A DNA stretch of 51,748 nucleotides from Duganella sp. Its GTDB lineage: Bacteria; Pseudomonadota; Gammaproteobacteria; Burkholderiales; Burkholderiaceae_D. Within the stretch, counting starts at the first letter, position 1. Each line of letters opens with the position of its first letter. The stretch is from NCBI GenBank assembly GCA_036387635.1, contig DASVTJ010000047.1, positions 1 to 51,748 of the forward strand. The letters run 5' to 3'. This document shows positions 19,225-29,126 of the stretch, piece by piece. The notes below the pieces were generated by a model. That model worked only from the letters and a program-made list of their open reading frames with translations. It made no database searches and was not told the origin of the DNA. The translations under genes and the position numbers were made by a program.

Positions 19225-20472
19225 ATGCCTAATTCCGTCCTTCGCCTGCCAGTCGCCGATTCCGCCGATCCGGTCCACCAGCTGGACAGCCCGGAATTTG
19301 CCGCGCTGCTGGAAGGTTTGAGCGCCGAATTCGGCGCCACCGCCGAACAGCATGACCGCGACGCCAGCTTCCCGCACCAGAATTTCGAGCGCCTGCATGA
19401 ACTGGGCCTGCTTGGGTTGACGGTGCCGCGCGCGCTCGGCGGCCTTGGCGCCAATTTGGCGCAGACCACGCGGGTGGTGGCCGCAGTGGCGCGTGGCGAG
19501 CCGTCCACCGCGCTGGTGCTGACAATGCAGTACCTGCACCACGCGTCCGGCCGCCAGTCCAAGTGGCCGCAGCACCTGCTGCGCCGCGTGGTCGAAGAGA
19601 CGCTGCGCGACGGCGCCTTGATCAACGCGTTGCGGGTGGAGCCGGAGCTGGGCACGCCGGCGCGCGGCGGCCTGCCGGCAACCACTGCGCGCCGCACTCC
19701 GGATGGCTGGCGCATCAGCGGACGCAAGATATATTCGACCGGCATACCGCGCCTGACGTGGCTGGGCGTGTGGGCGCGCAGCGACGACCCGGTGCCGCTG
19801 GTCGGCAGCTGGCTGGTACGGCGCGATACGCCCGGCATCAGCGTCGTCGAAAATTGGAATCATCTGGGCATGCGCGCCACCGGCAGCCATGAGGTGGTGT
19901 TCGACGACGTGCTGGTGCCGCTCGATCACGCGGTCGACGTTGCGCCGTCCGGATCGGCGCCCGATCCGGACGCGTCGCTGCTGCTGTGGATGTCGGTGCT
20001 GCTGTCGGCGATCTACGACGCCGTGGCGCGCTCGGCGCGCGACTGGCTTGCAACATGGCTTGAGCAACGCGTGCCGGCCAATCTGGGCGCGCCGCTATCG
20101 AGCCTGCCACGCTTCCAGGAGGCGCTGGGCCAACTGGATGCCTGGCTGTTTTCCAACCGGGTGTTGATCGATGCCGCCGCCGGCGGCGCGGTGGCCGCTT
20201 CGGACGGTTTCCGCATCAAATACCTGGTGACCAACCAGGCGATCCAGGTGGTGGAAAAGGCGATTGAGCTGAGCGGAAATCCCGGCCTGTCGCGCGTCAA
20301 TCCGCTCCAGCGCCACTACCGCGATGTGCTGTGCAGCCGTATCCACACACCGCAGAACGACACGATCCTGGTCAACAGCGGCAAAGCGGCCTTCGCCGCG
20401 CGCGCCGCAACCAACACTTCTCCGTCCGGCGTCGCCGGTGTTTCATCCATCACTGCAAAGGAAGCATCATGA
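19225..20472 (+). CDS. Acyl-CoA dehydrogenase-fold flavin-dependent monooxygenase (SfnB/MsuC/DszC-like)
   Basis: FP.....L...GLL, ISGRKIYSTG, WNHLGMRATGSH, LQRHYRD; sulfur-operon context. Confidence 0.82.
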   Translation: MPNSVLRLPVADSADPVHQLDSPEFAALLEGLSAEFGATAEQHDRDASFPHQNFERLHELGLLGLTVPRALGGLGANLAQTTRVVAAVARGEPSTALVLTMQYLHHASGRQSKWPQHLLRRVVEETLRDGALINALRVEPELGTPARGGLPATTARRTPDGWRISGRKIYSTGIPRLTWLGVWARSDDPVPLVGSWLVRRDTPGISVVENWNHLGMRATGSHEVVFDDVLVPLDHAVDVAPSGSAPDPDASLLLWMSVLLSAIYDAVARSARDWLATWLEQRVPANLGAPLSSLPRFQEALGQLDAWLFSNRVLIDAAAGGAVAASDGFRIKYLVTNQAIQVVEKAIELSGNPGLSRVNPLQRHYRDVLCSRIHTPQNDTILVNSGKAAFAARAATNTSPSGVAGVSSITAKEAS

Positions 20473-21584
20473 GCATCGAATTCATCGGCTTTAGCGCCAC
20501 CCAGGAAGTATCCGAAACCGTGCTGCCGCAAGGCGCGGTCGTCAACAAGAGCTTCCTCGGCGCGGTGGCCCGCGCCCACGAATACGCCGGTTTCGACCGC
20601 GTGCTGGTGGCCCACAGCAGCGCCTCCGTGGACGGTTTCCAGGTCGCCTCGTACATCGCCTCGCAGACGCAGAAGCTGGGCATCCTGCTGGCGCACCGTC
20701 CCGGCTTCGTCGCGCCGACCTTGGCGGCGCGCCAGTTCGCCACGCTCGACCACTTCAGCGACGGCCGCGTGGCGGTGCACGTCATCAGTGGAGGCGACGA
20801 CACCGAGCAGCAGCGCGATGGCGACTTCCTCGACCACGATCAGCGCTACCAGCGCACCGATGAATACCTGGACGTGGTGCGCAAGACCTGGACTTCGCAA
20901 GGTCCGTTCGACCACGATGGACCCATCTACCGCTTGAAAGGGCAAAACGCCGGCGTGCGTCCGCTGAACAACCAGCACATCCCGGTTTATTTCGGCGGCT
21001 CGTCGCCAGCCGCGATCGAAGTCGCAGGCAAGCACGCGGACGTGTACGCGCTGTGGGGCGAGTCGCTGGCCCAGGTGGCCGAAACCATCGCCAAGGTGCG
21101 CGCCGCGGCCGCCAAGCATGGCCGCGCCGACAAGATCCGTTTCAGCCTGTCGCTGCGGCCCGTGCTGGCGGCGACCGAGGAACAGGCCTGGGCCAAGGCA
21201 GACGCCATCCTGGCCACCGCCACCGAACGCGTGAAGGGCAATGCCCACTTCAGCCAGCGCCCGCAACAGCCGCAGAACGCCGGCTCCCAGCGCCTGCTCC
21301 ACACGGCCGCGCAGGGCAAGGTGGTCGACGAGCGGCTGTGGACCGGCATCGCGGCGCTAACCAAGGCGGCCGGCAATTCCACCGGGTTGGTCGGCACGCC
21401 GGAGCAGGTGCGCGACGCGCTGCTCAAATACTGGGAACTGGGCGTGACCACCTTCCTGATTCGCGGTTTCGATCCGATCCAGGACGCGCTGCAATACGGC
21501 CGTGAACTGATTCCGCTGGTGCGCGCCGCCGTGGCCGAACGCGAAACGCGCGCAGCCGACCAGTCTTCGCGCCTGGCCGCCTGA
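20469..21584 (+). CDS. LLM-class flavin-dependent oxidoreductase (SsuD/MsuD-like)
   Basis: AHEYAGFDRVLV, LLAHRPGF, PVYFGGSS, LVGTPEQV; ATGA overlap with the upstream gene. Confidence 0.9.
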   Translation: MSIEFIGFSATQEVSETVLPQGAVVNKSFLGAVARAHEYAGFDRVLVAHSSASVDGFQVASYIASQTQKLGILLAHRPGFVAPTLAARQFATLDHFSDGRVAVHVISGGDDTEQQRDGDFLDHDQRYQRTDEYLDVVRKTWTSQGPFDHDGPIYRLKGQNAGVRPLNNQHIPVYFGGSSPAAIEVAGKHADVYALWGESLAQVAETIAKVRAAAAKHGRADKIRFSLSLRPVLAATEEQAWAKADAILATATERVKGNAHFSQRPQQPQNAGSQRLLHTAAQGKVVDERLWTGIAALTKAAGNSTGLVGTPEQVRDALLKYWELGVTTFLIRGFDPIQDALQYGRELIPLVRAAVAERETRAADQSSRLAA

Positions 21585-21597
21585 CACGGAGTAGTCG

Positions 21598-22575
21598 ATG
21601 AGCCAACCCATTAGCGACTCGTTCAGTCAGTCCGATAGCATCATCGTGGCCAGCCAGTTCGACCCCCAGGTCAACGCGCTCATCGCCGAGCGCACCGGCC
21701 TGGCCGTGCGCGACGTGCCGCCCGGTCCTTTGACGACACTGCCGCGCGGCGCCGACGTGTTGTTCGCGCTGCCGGCGCCCAAGGGACAGACGCTGTTGCG
21801 AACGCCCGCGCCGCAGGGTTGGGAAGCCGTGCGCTGGGTGCAGTTGGCCTCCGTCGGCATCGACTATTACCCGGACTGGCTGTTCGACGGCCCGGTGGTG
21901 ACATCGGCGCGCGGCACCGCCTCCGTCGCCATCGCGGAGTACGTGCTGGCCGCGATCTTCAGCGCCGCCAAGCGCATACCGGAAATCTGGCTGGAGCAGG
22001 ACAGCGACTGGCGGCGCTTGTCGCTTGGCCTGGTGCAGGGCACGACCCTGGGCCTGTATGGTTTCGGCTCGATCGGACGTGCGCTGGCGCAGCGAGCGCT
22101 CGCACTGGGCATCAAGGTGGTGGCGCTGCGGCGTTCCGACGCGCCGTTCGACATCGAAGGCGTCGAGCGCGTCGATTCGCTGAACCAGTTGCTGGCGCGC
22201 TCCGATCATCTGGTGCTGGCCGCGCCGTCGACCGCCGAAACGCGCCATGCCATCAGCCGCGCGGCGCTGGCGCACGCCAAACCCGGTCTGCACCTGATCA
22301 ATATCGCACGCGGCAATCTGATCGACCATCGGGCGCTGCTCGATGCGTTGAACGAGGGCAGGGTGGCGCTGGCGACGCTGGACGTGACCGATCCGGAACC
22401 GCTGCCTGCCGGTCACGCGTTCTACGGCCATCCGCGCGTGCGCCTGTCGCCACACATTTCACCAAGCACCGACCAGATCGTGCCGGCACTGATCGATAAA
22501 TTCGTGCTCAATCTGGACCGCTTCCGCAGCGGCGCACCGATGACCGACGTCGTCGACACATCACGCGGTTATTAA
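21598..22575 (+). CDS. D-isomer-specific 2-hydroxyacid dehydrogenase family protein
   Basis: Rossmann GFGSIG; catalytic NIARG, DVTDPEP and SPH motifs. Confidence 0.9.
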   Translation: MSQPISDSFSQSDSIIVASQFDPQVNALIAERTGLAVRDVPPGPLTTLPRGADVLFALPAPKGQTLLRTPAPQGWEAVRWVQLASVGIDYYPDWLFDGPVVTSARGTASVAIAEYVLAAIFSAAKRIPEIWLEQDSDWRRLSLGLVQGTTLGLYGFGSIGRALAQRALALGIKVVALRRSDAPFDIEGVERVDSLNQLLARSDHLVLAAPSTAETRHAISRAALAHAKPGLHLINIARGNLIDHRALLDALNEGRVALATLDVTDPEPLPAGHAFYGHPRVRLSPHISPSTDQIVPALIDKFVLNLDRFRSGAPMTDVVDTSRGY

Positions 22576-22590
22576 GAAACGAGGAAAACC

Positions 22591-23460
22591 ATGAGCAGTT
22601 CATCACCACTGTATTCGGCGCCGCTGTCGCGGCCCCACCTGCGCCAGGTCGGCAAGAGCCAGCCGCGCCCGGCGATCTACAGCGCGCCGCGCGACGACAA
22701 GGGCAGCGTCATTTTCGCCGAGCCGCCACCGCCGCCGACGATCGAAGGCCAACGCCAGCATCGCAAGGAACGGCTGGCGGTCTCGTTTCGCCTATTCGCC
22801 CGCTACGGCTACGACATGGGTGGCGCCGGCCACATCACCGCGCGCGACCCGGAATACCCGGACCACTTCTGGGTCAATCCGGCGGGCGTGTACTTCGGCC
22901 ATATCCGGGTGTCGGACCTGATACTGGTCAGCCACGACGGCAAAATCGTCGAAGGCGATGGGCTGTTGAATCGCGCCGCCTTCGCGATCCACTCCGAACT
23001 GCACAAGGCGCGGCCCGACGTCGTCGCGGCGGCCCACTCGCATGGGCTGTACGGCAAGGCCTTCGCGGCGCAGGGCAGGTTGCTCGATCCATTGACGCAG
23101 GACTCCTGCGCGTTCTACGAAGACCACTCGATCTTTTCGGATTTCAGCGGCGTGGTGTTTGATTCGAGCGAGGGCGAACGCATCGCCGCGACCCTGGGCC
23201 AGCGCAAAGCGGTGATCCTGCAGAACCACGGCCTGCTGACGGTGGGCGCATCGGTCGAATCGGCGGTGTGGCGCTACATCTCCTTCGAGAACGCGGCCCA
23301 GGCGCAGCTGCTGTCCGAGGCCGCCGGCCCGACCAAGCCTATTCCGCACGAAGTGGCGCGCCACACCGCAAGCCAGATCGGCTCCGACGCCGGCGGCTGG
23401 TTCAGCTTCCAGCCGCTGTGGGATGTCATCACGCGCGAAGAGCCGGACCTGTTCGACTAA
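22591..23460 (+). CDS. Class II aldolase/adducin-fold metalloprotein
   Basis: GHITARDP, AAFAIHSELH, AAHSH and LQNHGLL metal-binding His motifs. Confidence 0.9.
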   Translation: MSSSSPLYSAPLSRPHLRQVGKSQPRPAIYSAPRDDKGSVIFAEPPPPPTIEGQRQHRKERLAVSFRLFARYGYDMGGAGHITARDPEYPDHFWVNPAGVYFGHIRVSDLILVSHDGKIVEGDGLLNRAAFAIHSELHKARPDVVAAAHSHGLYGKAFAAQGRLLDPLTQDSCAFYEDHSIFSDFSGVVFDSSEGERIAATLGQRKAVILQNHGLLTVGASVESAVWRYISFENAAQAQLLSEAAGPTKPIPHEVARHTASQIGSDAGGWFSFQPLWDVITREEPDLFD

Positions 23461-23475
23461 TCGAGGAGAACCATC

Positions 23476-24306
23476 ATGTCTAGCGCCACCCTTTCATTGC
23501 ACGACGCGTATTCAGCCGGTCAGGCCGACCAAGTCGATCAAGTCGATCATTTGGCGTTGAACGCCGGCTTTGCCACTTCCTATCTGTCGCCGGCCGCCGC
23601 CAAGCCCGCCGGCTGGATGCGTAGTCCGGGCGCCGCCGGCACGGTGCTGGTGCATGGCGTTGCGCTGCTGGCCATCTGGAGTTTATCGGGAGGCTTGGTC
23701 AAACCACCGGCGACGCCGCCGGTGGTGGAGTTGATCCGCTTGCAGCCGGAGCCGAAACAGGAGCTGGTGCCGCCCAAACCCGAGCCGGTGAAGGAAAAGC
23801 CGCTGCAACTGGCGCCGCCCGAACCGGCCCCCCGCAGCGTGCCGGCGCCGAAAACGGTGGAAACCTCGGCCGAGAAGGCGGAGACGTACACGCCACCGGC
23901 GGCTCCGGTCCACGATGCGACGACCGGGCCTGTTACGCCGTTGGCACCCGCACCGGCCCAGTCCACGGCGCCGGCTTCCGCCCCCACGCTTGCGGCGGCG
24001 CCCAAGCAGATCGGCACCGAAGGCATTCCGACCGATTACGTGAACCAGGTCTATGCACGAATCAACAGCAATACCGACTATCCGCGCGAAGCGAAGATGC
24101 GCCGCCAGCAAGGCAAGGTGGCCTACCGCCTGACGCTCGATCCGCAGGGAGCGCTGATTTCGTTCGATATCCAGTCGTCCGGGGTGGAAGCGCTGGACGA
24201 AGCTGCACGCGATGCGATCCGGCGCGCGGCGCCATTCCCCCGGTTGCCCGATCTGGGCGGCAGCAGCTATCTGCTGGCCGGGAACATCGTCTTTAAAATT
24301 AACTAG
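23476..24306 (+). CDS. tonB: Energy transducer TonB
   Basis: TM helix with His (VLVHG), Pro-rich linker, YPREA and SSG..LD.AA C-terminal domain. Confidence 0.88.
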   Translation: MSSATLSLHDAYSAGQADQVDQVDHLALNAGFATSYLSPAAAKPAGWMRSPGAAGTVLVHGVALLAIWSLSGGLVKPPATPPVVELIRLQPEPKQELVPPKPEPVKEKPLQLAPPEPAPRSVPAPKTVETSAEKAETYTPPAAPVHDATTGPVTPLAPAPAQSTAPASAPTLAAAPKQIGTEGIPTDYVNQVYARINSNTDYPREAKMRRQQGKVAYRLTLDPQGALISFDIQSSGVEALDEAARDAIRRAAPFPRLPDLGGSSYLLAGNIVFKIN

Positions 24307-24320
24307 TCAAGGAAATCGCC

Positions 24321-25106
24321 ATGAGTGCTACCCAGGTTGTCGCCCATCTGTCGCCTTTGCAGCTGTTCGAGCAGGCCGACTTTATCGTTAAATCCATTAT
24401 GGTGGTGCTGGTTCTGGCATCGCTGGCCAGTTGGGGCGTCATCATCGACAAGCTGCTGCGCTTCTCGCGGCTGCGCCGCAATGCCATCGCATGGACCGCC
24501 GCGCTGGCCGGACAGCGCTCGCTGACAAGGCTGGCGCAAGAGCTCAAGCAGAACACGCAAGATCCATTCGCCCGCATCTACCACGCCCTCGTCGACGAAT
24601 GGCACACCAGCCATCGCCAGCATTTGCAGGTCGACGCCGCAGGGCGCGACAGCCTGAAGGAACGCATCAACCGCGTCGGCCAAATCAGCACCAACGTCGA
24701 AGTCGAGCAGCTGCAAAGCGGGCTGTCGATACTGGCGACAGTCGGTTCGGTGTCGCCCTTCGTCGGTTTGTTCGGCACCGTATGGGGCATCATGAACGCG
24801 TTCCAGGGGATCGCCGCCAGCAACAGCACCAGCCTTGCCGTGGTCGCGCCGGGCATCGCCGAAGCGTTGTTCGCCACCGCGCTCGGGCTGGTGGCGGCGA
24901 TTCCGGCCGTCGTCGCCTACAACCGCGCCTCCGGTGACCTGAACAACTATGCGGGCCGCTTGTCCACACTGGTCGGCCTGGTGGAGGTGCAGCTGTCGCG
25001 CCAACTGGAGGCCGGCGAGGCGCTGGTCGACAATATCGACGCGCCGACGGCGAAGACCGACCGCGCGCCGCGCAACGTCACGCCGCTGGCCGCGCAGGGA
25101 GTCTGA
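24321..25106 (+). CDS. exbB: ExbB/TolQ proton-channel protein
   Basis: SPFVGLFGTVWGIM, VVAPGIAEALFATALGL. Confidence 0.92.
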   Translation: MSATQVVAHLSPLQLFEQADFIVKSIMVVLVLASLASWGVIIDKLLRFSRLRRNAIAWTAALAGQRSLTRLAQELKQNTQDPFARIYHALVDEWHTSHRQHLQVDAAGRDSLKERINRVGQISTNVEVEQLQSGLSILATVGSVSPFVGLFGTVWGIMNAFQGIAASNSTSLAVVAPGIAEALFATALGLVAAIPAVVAYNRASGDLNNYAGRLSTLVGLVEVQLSRQLEAGEALVDNIDAPTAKTDRAPRNVTPLAAQGV

Positions 25107-25107
25107 A

Positions 25108-25530
<423 letters not shown>

Positions 25531-25558
25531 ACAAACAACACAAGACAAAGGCTGGAAA

Positions 25559-26590
25559 ATGGATTCGACAGATTCGGCAGATTCGATTAGCTCGAAGGGC
25601 GGCGCTCGCCGTGGATTCCTGCGGCACGGCACGCGGCTTTGCGCCGGTGCCGGGTTGGCCGCGCTGATGGGCGGCTGGAGCAATGCCACGCGGGCTGCCG
25701 CAGCGCAGCTGCGCGACACCACGCTGCGGGTCGGCACCTACAAGGGTGGCGACTCGAGCTACTTCACCGAGGCCGGCGTGGCTGGCATCCCGTACAAGAC
25801 GGCGCTGGCCGAATTCGCGGCCGGGAATCTGATCGTCGAGGCGCTGGCGTCGGACTCCCTGGATTTCGGCAGCATGAGCGAGATCCCGCCGATTTTCGCG
25901 GCCGCCGGCGGTGCGCCGCTGAAGGTGATCGCGGTGCTGCGCGGAGACGTGAACAACCAGGTGGTGCTGGTGCCGAAAAATTCGCCGATCACCGATCCGG
26001 CGCAATTCAAGGGCAAGCGCATCGGCTATGCGCGGTCGACGACCTCCCACTACTTTCTGCTGCAACTGTTGAAGGAAAACGGACTGGGATTCAAGGATAT
26101 CCAGGCGGTGGCGCTGCCGCCGCAGGACGCTCTCGCGGCCTTCAAAAGTGGCCAGCTCGACGCCTGGGTCATCTACGGCCTGGTGGTGGAACTGGCCAAA
26201 AGCCAGGAGGGCGCGCGCGTACTGCGCACGGCGAACGGTTACCTGTCCGGTAATTATGTCCTGAGTACTTCCGCCAAGGCGATCGCGGACCCGCTCAAGC
26301 ACGCGGCCATCGGCGACTATCTGCAACGTCTGGCCAAGGTCTACGACTGGATCAACCGCAATCCGCAGCCGTGGGCGGCCAAGAGCGGGCGGATCGCCGG
26401 CGTGCCGCCGCAGGTTTTCCTGAGCCAGGCGAGCCAGCGCAGCCAGCCCTACAAGGTGGTGGCGGTCGACGACGCGGCCATCGCATCGCAGCAGCAAGTC
26501 GCCGACGTTTTCGCCGATGCCGGGCTGCTGGCGCGCCGTATCGACGTCAAACCAATCTGGGACCGCAGCTTTGCGAAGTACCTGGCCTGA
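25559..26590 (+). CDS. SsuA-like ABC substrate-binding protein with a Tat signal
   Basis: ARRGFL twin-arginine motif; GSMSEIPP, STTSHYFL, QQQVADVF. Confidence 0.87.
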   Translation: MDSTDSADSISSKGGARRGFLRHGTRLCAGAGLAALMGGWSNATRAAAAQLRDTTLRVGTYKGGDSSYFTEAGVAGIPYKTALAEFAAGNLIVEALASDSLDFGSMSEIPPIFAAAGGAPLKVIAVLRGDVNNQVVLVPKNSPITDPAQFKGKRIGYARSTTSHYFLLQLLKENGLGFKDIQAVALPPQDALAAFKSGQLDAWVIYGLVVELAKSQEGARVLRTANGYLSGNYVLSTSAKAIADPLKHAAIGDYLQRLAKVYDWINRNPQPWAAKSGRIAGVPPQVFLSQASQRSQPYKVVAVDDAAIASQQQVADVFADAGLLARRIDVKPIWDRSFAKYLA

Positions 26591-26621
26591 TCAAAAACCA
26601 TAACATAGAGGGAATCACGGT

Positions 26622-29126
26622 ATGAGGCAGTCTCGAAACAACCGACCAAAACGAAAGACCTTGCGCCTGGCGCTGCTGGCGGCAGGCCTGCTTGGCGGCG
26701 CCGACGCGCTCGCGCAGACCAGCGTAGGCCAGGTGCAGGACGTGGTGGTGACCACCGGCGTGCGGGGCGAAGCGCGCACCGTCGCCGACAGCCCGGCGCC
26801 GATCGACGTGATCAGCGGCGAACAGCTGATACACACCGGCCGCGCGGAGCTGGCCGAGGCGCTGGCGCGGTTGCTGCCATCGTTTAACTTCGGCAGCAAC
26901 CAGGCGGGCGTCAATTCGGTCGTGCGTCCGGTGAGCAATCGTGGTTTGGGGCCTGCCTACACGCTGGTACTGGTCAACGGCAAGCGCCGTCACAATTCGG
27001 CGCTGCTGACCAACGGCGGCGGCGACACCAGCGGCGTCAACGCCATCGACCTCGATACGATTCCGTTGAGCGCCATCGACCATATCGAAGTGCTGAAGGA
27101 TAGCGCGGCCGCTCAATATGGTTCGGACGCCGTGGCCGGTGTGGTCAACGTGATTCTCAAATCGGGTAACCACGGGGGCCAGATATCGGCCAGCTACGGC
27201 GAATTGAAGGACGGGCAGGGCGACTTGGCCAATAAAAAACTGGAAGGCGACGCTGGTTTTGCGCTGGGCGACGACGGCTTTGTCCATGTCGCCGCCGCGC
27301 TGCGCAAGCGTGGACAGGCCTGGTACAACTTCCCTTCGACGAACCCGGTGGCGTATTCGCCGGCGTCCAATCCTAAAAACTCCACCTGGAACCGCGACGG
27401 CGCCCACAACGGCGACCCCGGTATCGAAGCCTACGATGTCGCCTTCAACGCCGAGAAGCCGTATAACAAGGACATTACCTTGTACGCCTTCGGCACCGCC
27501 GGCACACGCAACACGGTGGCGGGGAATAACTTGCGCCGTCCGAACGGGCTGGCGACGATCGCGCAGATCTACCCGGACGGTTACTTCGCGCTCAATAACA
27601 TGAGCGCCTTCGACTTCCAGCTGAACGCGGGCGCGCGCGGGCAGAGCGCCGGCTGGAGCTGGGATATCAGCACGGGCTACGGCAAAAACCGTGCGCGCCA
27701 GTACAGCAACCTGACCTTGAATCCTTCCCTGGGGCCGGCCTCGCCGACCAGCTTCGATAACCTGGCCACCTATCAGTTCGAGCAGTGGACGACAAATGAA
27801 GACTTCACGCGCGCGTTCGACATCGGGTTGAAGAAACCGTTGCAATGGTCATGGGGCCTGGAGCAGCGTGTCGAGCGCTTCGCGACCTATGCCGGCGATC
27901 CGCTGGGCTATATCAACGGCGGCTATATTTTCAGACCCGGCGACCAGGAAGGCAACCCGAACGTCGGCAAGCCGGCCGCCGTCGGCGCGCAGGCCGGCGT
28001 GGCGCTGTCGCCGGCCGACGCGACCGGCATCCGGCGCACGGTGCTGGCGATCTATAACGATATCGGTTTCTATCCGGTCGAGAACCTGTTCGTCGACGGC
28101 GCCGTGCGCGCGGAACATTACAACGACAGCGCCGGCAATACCGTCAGCGGTAAGATCAACAGCCGCTATGACTTCACGCCGAAGTTCGCGCTGCGGGGTA
28201 CCGTCGGTTCAGGTTTCCGCGCGCCGTCGCTGACGCAAACGGGCTACTCGCAGACCGACAACCGCACCAACATCAATCCCGTCACCGGCGTGGTGGAGCC
28301 CAGCCTGTCCAAGCTGCTGCGCAACGACTCGGCGCTGGCCCGTCAATTCGGCGCGCGCGATCTAGATCCCGAGAAGTCGGTCAACTTCGGTATCGGCCTG
28401 GTGCTCAAGCCGGCCGATAACATCAACGTCACGCTCGACGGCTACCAGGTCAAGGTCAAGGACCGCATCGTCCGCACGGGCTACATGTTCGGCCCCGCCT
28501 TCGCGCCGACCTTGGCCGCCGCCGGATTGACCGGCAGCGAATGGGTGCAGTACTTCGCCAACGGCGTCGATACCCGCACGCGCGGCGCCGATCTGGTGGC
28601 CGACATCACCAGCGACTATGGCGGCTATGGGTTGGTGCGCTGGGGCGCTGCGGTCAACTGGAACTGCACCAAGGTCACCAGCATCAAGGCCACGCCGACC
28701 GAGATCACCGCGTTGGGCGCCAATGCCGGCGGCAGTTCCGTATGGTTTGGCTACTCCGCCGGCGGCGGCATCGGCGATCTGTCGGCCACACCGAAAACCA
28801 AGCTGATATTGTCGGCGCGCTGGTTCCTCGGGCCGGTGGAGGCCAACCTGCAAACCACGCGTTACGATTCCTACAAGTGGCAGACCACCGCGGATCGCGC
28901 CCGCGATTACCGCTTCGGCGCCAAGTGGCTGACCGATCTCGATGTAGGCTATGCCGTCACCAAGCGCGCCAAGGTGGTGCTGGGCGCTGCCAATGTGTTC
29001 AACGCCAAGCCTGACCGCAATGGCCCTGGCGACGCCAACTCCGGCGGCAACGGCTTCGTCTACGGTCCGTCGCCTTTCGCGGCCAGCGGCGCCTACTACT
29101 ATGGCAAGGTCACTTATGACTTCTGA
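26622..29126 (+). CDS. TonB-dependent receptor of the sulfur island
   Basis: TonB box DVVVT, LVLVNGKRRH, IEVLKDSAAAQYGSDAVAGVVN, terminal YDF. Confidence 0.93.
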   Translation: MRQSRNNRPKRKTLRLALLAAGLLGGADALAQTSVGQVQDVVVTTGVRGEARTVADSPAPIDVISGEQLIHTGRAELAEALARLLPSFNFGSNQAGVNSVVRPVSNRGLGPAYTLVLVNGKRRHNSALLTNGGGDTSGVNAIDLDTIPLSAIDHIEVLKDSAAAQYGSDAVAGVVNVILKSGNHGGQISASYGELKDGQGDLANKKLEGDAGFALGDDGFVHVAAALRKRGQAWYNFPSTNPVAYSPASNPKNSTWNRDGAHNGDPGIEAYDVAFNAEKPYNKDITLYAFGTAGTRNTVAGNNLRRPNGLATIAQIYPDGYFALNNMSAFDFQLNAGARGQSAGWSWDISTGYGKNRARQYSNLTLNPSLGPASPTSFDNLATYQFEQWTTNEDFTRAFDIGLKKPLQWSWGLEQRVERFATYAGDPLGYINGGYIFRPGDQEGNPNVGKPAAVGAQAGVALSPADATGIRRTVLAIYNDIGFYPVENLFVDGAVRAEHYNDSAGNTVSGKINSRYDFTPKFALRGTVGSGFRAPSLTQTGYSQTDNRTNINPVTGVVEPSLSKLLRNDSALARQFGARDLDPEKSVNFGIGLVLKPADNINVTLDGYQVKVKDRIVRTGYMFGPAFAPTLAAAGLTGSEWVQYFANGVDTRTRGADLVADITSDYGGYGLVRWGAAVNWNCTKVTSIKATPTEITALGANAGGSSVWFGYSAGGGIGDLSATPKTKLILSARWFLGPVEANLQTTRYDSYKWQTTADRARDYRFGAKWLTDLDVGYAVTKRAKVVLGAANVFNAKPDRNGPGDANSGGNGFVYGPSPFAASGAYYYGKVTYDF

